A DNA stretch of 61,668 nucleotides, the filler included, from Candidatus Omnitrophota bacterium (lineage in GTDB: Bacteria; Omnitrophota; Gorgyraeia; Zapsychrales; JBDRMG01): assembly GCA_043812495.1 (NCBI GenBank). It is 9 parts of 9 records of this genome, joined end to end, with 100 filler letters (N's around TTAATTAATTAA, not from the genome) between each part and the next. Parts side by side here need not be neighbours in the genome. Positions count along the whole stretch, not along the records: positions 53,044 to 57,178 come from JBDRMG010000040.1; positions 57,279 to 59,517 come from JBDRMG010000044.1; positions 59,618 to 61,668 come from JBDRMG010000055.1; 6 more parts are not named here. One strand, given 5' to 3'. A model generated the notes under the pieces. It saw only the letters and a list, made by a program, of their open reading frames with translations, had not been told where the DNA came from and made no database searches. Shown one piece after another: positions 56,659 to 61,668 of this stretch; positions within the stretch are counted from its first letter, which is position 1; every line of letters starts with the position of its first letter. The position numbers were made by a program, and so were the translations under genes.

Positions 56659-57075
56659 AATGACGGCTGCTCAAGCGTTTGTCAGTACGAATTCTGTGGT
56701 AACGGCATCATTCAGGCCGGTTTGGATGAAGTCTGTGATTCCCAAACCCGATCTCGTCTTACGACAAGCGGATATATTGGCACGCAGATTCGCAATGGGC
56801 TCTGCGCAGGTTTTGAAACGTGCACCTCTGTTCAATTTTGCGTTAACGGAATCTGTAGCAATCCTCAGGAAACAACAACCAATTGTCCCAGGGATTGCGA
56901 ATCGATTTGAGGTAACGGCATTCTTGAGGATCAGGAAGGATGCGATGACGGAAATGTAACTTCCGGTGACGGATGCTCGCAAAGTTGCCGAATTGAAGCG
57001 ACTGCGAATGCACCTCCGGTTATGCAGTATTTGTATAATTTAGGACTTTCGCGTTTCAAGATAAAAAGGCCATAA
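56659..57075 (+). pseudogene. Decayed Myxococcus-type cysteine-rich repeat (DUF4215-like) gene fragment
   Basis: NDGCSSVC..CGNG..E.CD and *GNGILEDQEGCDDGNVTSGDGCSQSCRIE; no start codon; in-frame TGA at 56908. Confidence 0.75.
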
Positions 57076-57280
57076 TGGCCGAACGAGCGATAGACCATTT
57101 TTGTTGATACCAAGAAAGACCCGTTTTAATGCGTTGCCATTCTAATTTTATGAAGGCCAAAAACGCACACAAAATATGNNNNNNNNNNNNNNNNNNNNNN
57201 NNNNNNNNNNNNNNNNNNNNNNTTAATTAATTAANNNNNNNNNNNNNNNNNNNNNNNNNNNNNNNNNNNNNNNNNNNNGT

Positions 57281-59517
57281 TCTTCAGCTGGAACCTATGG
57301 GTGTCCCCAAGCATATGTTAAAGGGGACACCCTTTATCGGTGGCTGAAGAACGTCCCTATTTTTGCTGCGTCTTTTGGTTTGATTGTCATCATCCTCGGG
57401 CCGCTGGGCCTTACAAACTTGCTGCACTCTATTGGCCCAGCGGCCCTGTTCAACAGTATGCTATTTTTAATTGGCGGCATCAAAGTCACGGATGATGAAT
57501 ATGGACGGATTCATAATAATGCCATTGCTTCTTATGATTATCCCCCGATCCCTTTGAAAGACAGGTTTAGTCTGCATGAAGTAAAACATTTAGAACGATG
57601 GTTGCTTGAGGTTTTCAGGAAAACTGATCCCCAAGCCGAACTGAAACCGCTTAAATTCGGACGGTTTGCCATCATCTATAAGCTTCTCTTGGGAGGTGAA
57701 GATTTCGCGTTATCATTTCCTATGAGTATCGAAGAAAGCCACGTTGCGGCGGTCGCTCATGACGCGCGTCATTTTAAGAGGTGTTGGGAATCAGGCAGAA
57801 GGCGGTTTATTTCAAGACCAAATTGTGAGCGGACTTTCGGGCTCGGGATTACAAAAGGTGACAAATGGATGAGCCTTCCCATTGTTGTCAGCGAATTTCT
57901 TCATCAACACGAGGAGTTGAATTTCGCCAGGGGAGTGCTTCGGCGCTGGGAATCGGACCGCAAAGCCGGTATCAGCCGGTTCATTCCTTTGCCGAAAGAG
58001 GATATCCCCCACGCCTTAGCCGAAATGATTGCCGCTATTGTCTATCATTACGAGCTTGACAAAGACGACGGAACAACGGTTGCCAGTGTTTTTGTCAACA
58101 GCGGAGATTTTGTGCTCAAAAGGAATTCCAAAGACCCGCCTCGCATCCGGATAACTACCATAAGACAGACAAGATCAGGCGTTGATACCTCCGCCTTTAT
58201 CAAATCCCTTATTCAACTTTATACCGCAGAGCCCATTATCCTCGACGGAATGATGACGCGACCCGCCGCATTTGTCAAACCTCGCTGCGCGCAGGTCCCT
58301 GTCTGTATCTCTAATCCAAGCGTGGCCTTTTATGGGTTGGTCCGGGGTCTACGTTATCTGGCTGAAGATTTGAGGAAAGACCCGAAAGAGGGAGAACGAA
58401 TGGCCGAGGAATGGATCCGTCAATTTGCCGAATCACAAAACGGCAAGCCTTACCGGCCGCAGGCAGAAAGATTTTTGAAAGGCGATCTTCCGCTTGAATT
58501 CGGAAATGACCCTCTCGAAGGTCAGCCGTCGCTGAATATTCTGCAGTCAGCCATCGATGAATTATATGAGAAACGCCGCGAAGCGACTTTCCGAGACAGC
58601 GATGAAGTCAGAAGTTATGATCAGGCCATTCAATTAGCAGAGGAGCGGATGGCCGAGCTTAAAAGTTCTCAGGATAAAAACCAGGGGCCTTCCATGACCT
58701 CTGAACCAGGCGATATTTCGTTGGGCGTTTATGTTTTAGCTGATCCGTTAAGTCCTATCCTTCTTCTGGCGGGCTTTCTTGGCCTCGGGCTTCTTGGGGT
58801 GATCGGAAACGGCTCCGGGGATAAAAATGATCCCGATGCCCAGTTCGGTGGCAAAGTCATCCAAAGCACGCGCGAAAAATACGGCCGGTCAACGTTTATT
58901 AGAGAACTGATGAATAGGATGATCTTTCAAAAAAACCTGAAGGTATATCCACGGGATGTGGCGGAAATGGCTGTCAGGGACTTTGAGAAAACAATCAACA
59001 GGAAGGATGGCTTGCCGGTGGGCTCGCGTGAACCGCGGACGGGATTTGGCCGTTTCATTACCCCGGAAGATCTACGCTATCTCAGCCGAAGAATTTATGC
59101 AATTTTGCCGTTTCTTTTTGACGACGGCCTGACCTATGGTTACTATGAAAATCCTCTCACTTTCGAAGACCTGATTGCCCAAAGGAAGGAAGGGCTTTAT
59201 AGGATCAGAGGATTTCCTCTCGCAGCCTATCTTACAGAAGCCGCGCATGAAATACCTTCAAGAGTATATGCCGAAATAACCTATATGGATGTTCCCATGG
59301 AAATATTCATCTATCATTTTCTTGTTAACCTGACCGCTCGCTTTGATATAGATATTCATTCGTCACAGGCGCCTAAAGATGTTATTTCCTGCTTTCAACA
59401 TGGCTTTTACCATGAAATCGGTCATGTTGTCTTTCGCTTGCTTTCTCCCGGTCTCAAAAGAAGGTTCAAAAGTCTTTACGCCCGAGAAGGATATATTAGC
59501 TCTCAAAGAGAGAGAGG
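57281..59517 (+). CDS. Fragment of a giant multidomain protein (kinase-like, hydrophobic linkers, HExxH domain); partial at both ends
   Basis: Open across the whole contig; GRFAIIYKL, VNSGDFVL, FYHEIGH. Confidence 0.7.
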
Positions 59518-59617
59518 NNNNNNNNNNNNNNNNNNNNNNNNNNNNNNNNNNNNNNNNNNNNTTAATTAATTAANNNNNNNNNNNNNNNNNNNNNNNNNNN
59601 NNNNNNNNNNNNNNNNN

Positions 59618-61668
59618 AGAGAATCGGCGAAGAGAACTTTAAATCAGCGTCATTTCGATGTCCAATTAATCGGCGGAATGGTTTTGCACGAAGGCAAGAT
59701 TGCGGAAATGAAAACCGGCGAGGGGAAAACGCTGGCCGCCACCCTGCCTGTTTATTTAAACGCTTTGACGGGAAAGGGAGTGCACGTGGTGACGGTCAAC
59801 GACTATTTGGCCAAAAGAGATGCTGTTTGGATGGGCCAGATTTATCATTTGCTCGGATTATCCATAGGCTGTATCGCGCACGACACTGCTTTTGTTTATG
59901 ATCCAACCGCCAACAAAGATAAAGAAAGAGATATCGTGGGCGGTTTTAAGGTGATGGAAGATTATTTAAGGCCGGTTGCAAGAAAAGAAGCGTACGCAAC
60001 TGATGTCACTTACGGCACCAATAACGAATTCGGTTTTGATTATTTGAAAGATAATATGGTGCAGGATTTAGAGCAACAGGTTCAGCGGGGACATCATTTT
60101 GCCATTGTTGACGAAGTGGACTCTATTTTAATCGATGAAGCCAGAACTCCGCTGATTATTTCGGCGCCAGATACGGAATCTTCCCAGACATACTCCGAAT
60201 TTGCTAAAATAATACCCAAATTGGATCCTGATCTTGATTATGAATTAGATGAGAAAATGAAAGCTGTCAGTATGACAGAAGTCGGTATTAATAAAGTGGA
60301 GAAGATTTTGGGCGTAGATAATATTTATGAAGAAAAAGGCATCAAATACTTGCATCATTTGGAGCAGGCTCTGAAGGCTCAGGCAATTAATCCGGCCGAC
60401 GGCAAACCATTCTTTGCAAGAGACAGAAATTACGTGGTGAAGGACGGCCAGATTATTATAGTTGATGAATTTACTGGCAGAATGATGCCGGGCCGCCGCT
60501 GGTCGGGAGGGCTTCATCAGGCGATTGAAGCGAAAGAAGGCGTTTTTGTTCAGCCCGAATCTTTAACTTTGGCTTCCATTACTTTTCAGAATTATTTCAG
60601 AATGTATAAGAAAATATCCGGCATGACAGGAACCGCTTCGACCTCGGCTGAAGAATTTGACAAGGTTTATAAATTAGATGCGGCGATAGTTCCTACGAAC
60701 AAACCGATGAGAAGAAACGATTTACCTGATGGAGTTTATAAAACTAACAACGGTAAATTGAGCGCTTTAGTGAGAGAGATAAAAGAAAGACATAAAATCG
60801 GCCAGCCGGTCTTGGTGGGGACGACCAGTATTGAAAAAAATGAGTACTTGGGTAAGTTATTAGAAAGAGAAGGAGTGGTTCATCAGATTTTAAACGCTAA
60901 ACATCACGAAAGGGAGGGAGAAATTATTGCTCAAGCCGGCAAGTTTGGCGCAGTTACCATTGCCACTAATATGGCGGGCGGGGAGTTGATATTGTCTTGG
61001 GGGGCAACCCTCCCAATCCCGACGAGGCTCGAAAGGTGTGCGAGGTAGGCGGGTTACATATAATAGGTACCGAACGCCATGAGGCAAGAAGAATCGACAA
61101 TCAGTTGCGGGGCAGGGCCGGCAGGCAAGGCGATCCGGGTTCCTCGCAGTTTTTTCTTTCTTTGGAAGATGATATTATGAGGATTTTTGGCGGAGACAGG
61201 ATCAAGACATTGATGAATCTTCTGAAAATACCGGAAGACGAGAAGATTGAAAATAAAATGATTTCAGGCGCCATTGAATCGGCTCAGTCAAAAATCGAAG
61301 GCATGAATTTTGATTTGAGAAAGCATATTTTGGAATACGACGACGTGATGAATAAACACCGAGATGTGATATATAAGAAAAGAAGAGAGTTTTTGGGGTT
61401 TAAAAATTGTAAATTAGAAATTAAAAATTGGACGAAAAGCGACGATGAGAAAAAGAATCTCGATCAAAAGGAAGTGGAACTCGGGGAAAACTTTGATCAG
61501 GTAGCGAAGGTCGTCGCCTTGAGGACCCTCGATATGCTTTGGATGAATCATTTGGAAGAAATGGAAATTTTAAGAGATTCGGTCAGACTCAGAGCTTACG
61601 GCCAGCAAGACCCGCTTGTTGAATATAAATCAGAAGGGCACAGGATGTTCCAAAGGTTATTGGATACG
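59618..61668 (+). CDS. secA: Preprotein translocase SecA (partial; 1-nt frameshift near 60980)
   Basis: [30 protein letters not shown], then in the shifted frame [32 protein letters not shown]. Confidence 0.97.

Noticed and set aside
56908..56910. TGA recoded as Sec or Trp in the Cys-rich frame
   Set aside because: The frame has no start and other Cys codons appear mutated; normal genes here end in TGA, so decay is simpler.
5534..59617. TTAATTAATTAA repeated eight times inside N runs
   Set aside because: Artificial all-frame-stop contig linker; ORF-track ends reading XXXLIN are artefacts.
60971..60985. Programmed frameshift in secA
   Set aside because: No slippery heptamer; a single-base loss next to a G run in an essential gene is more likely an error.
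174..61087. Many 60-200-aa ORFs antisense to or nested in longer genes
   Set aside because: Shadow ORFs without recognisable motifs.

Overview
The window is nine unrelated contigs joined by 100-nt N/TTAATTAATTAA linkers (5534-5633, 11585-11684, 16875-16974, 21516-21615, 42726-42825, 52944-53043, 57179-57278, 59518-59617), so gene order across linkers means nothing. It is bacterial with genetic code 11. Giant-gene fragments, gspF/gspG, rpoN and many stand-alone response regulators suggest a Candidatus Omnitrophota-like MAG (inference). The last contig (secA) looks Patescibacteria-like and may be a bin contaminant. Ordinary content: MFS, hflKC, tRNA-His, tRNA-Arg(UCU), AsmA-like proteins, spermidine-synthase-like and YfhO membrane proteins, a polysaccharide deacetylase, ribosomal protein Thx (missed by the ORF track), a DUF362/polyferredoxin operon, tatA, OmpA/MotB, an ABC fusion, an S8 protease, an RHS protein, rpoN and secA. 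The main unexplained signal is a set of very small non-coding mobile elements. (1) A 103-109-bp TA-duplicating MITE sits in frame inside one gene (+35 aa) and inside arsC (in frame, with stops). (2) Hairpin modules insert without target duplication and nest in each other; four interrupt an otherwise canonical c-di-GMP-I riboswitch, and others split a tRNA relic that now encloses an intact tRNA-Arg. (3) One hairpin family has covarying stems and an invariant tandem GA/GA mismatch. A second theme is three end-to-end-open fragments of giant proteins in which unrelated enzyme domains are separated by hydrophobic linkers. All family calls are from motif reading by eye; no database search was run.
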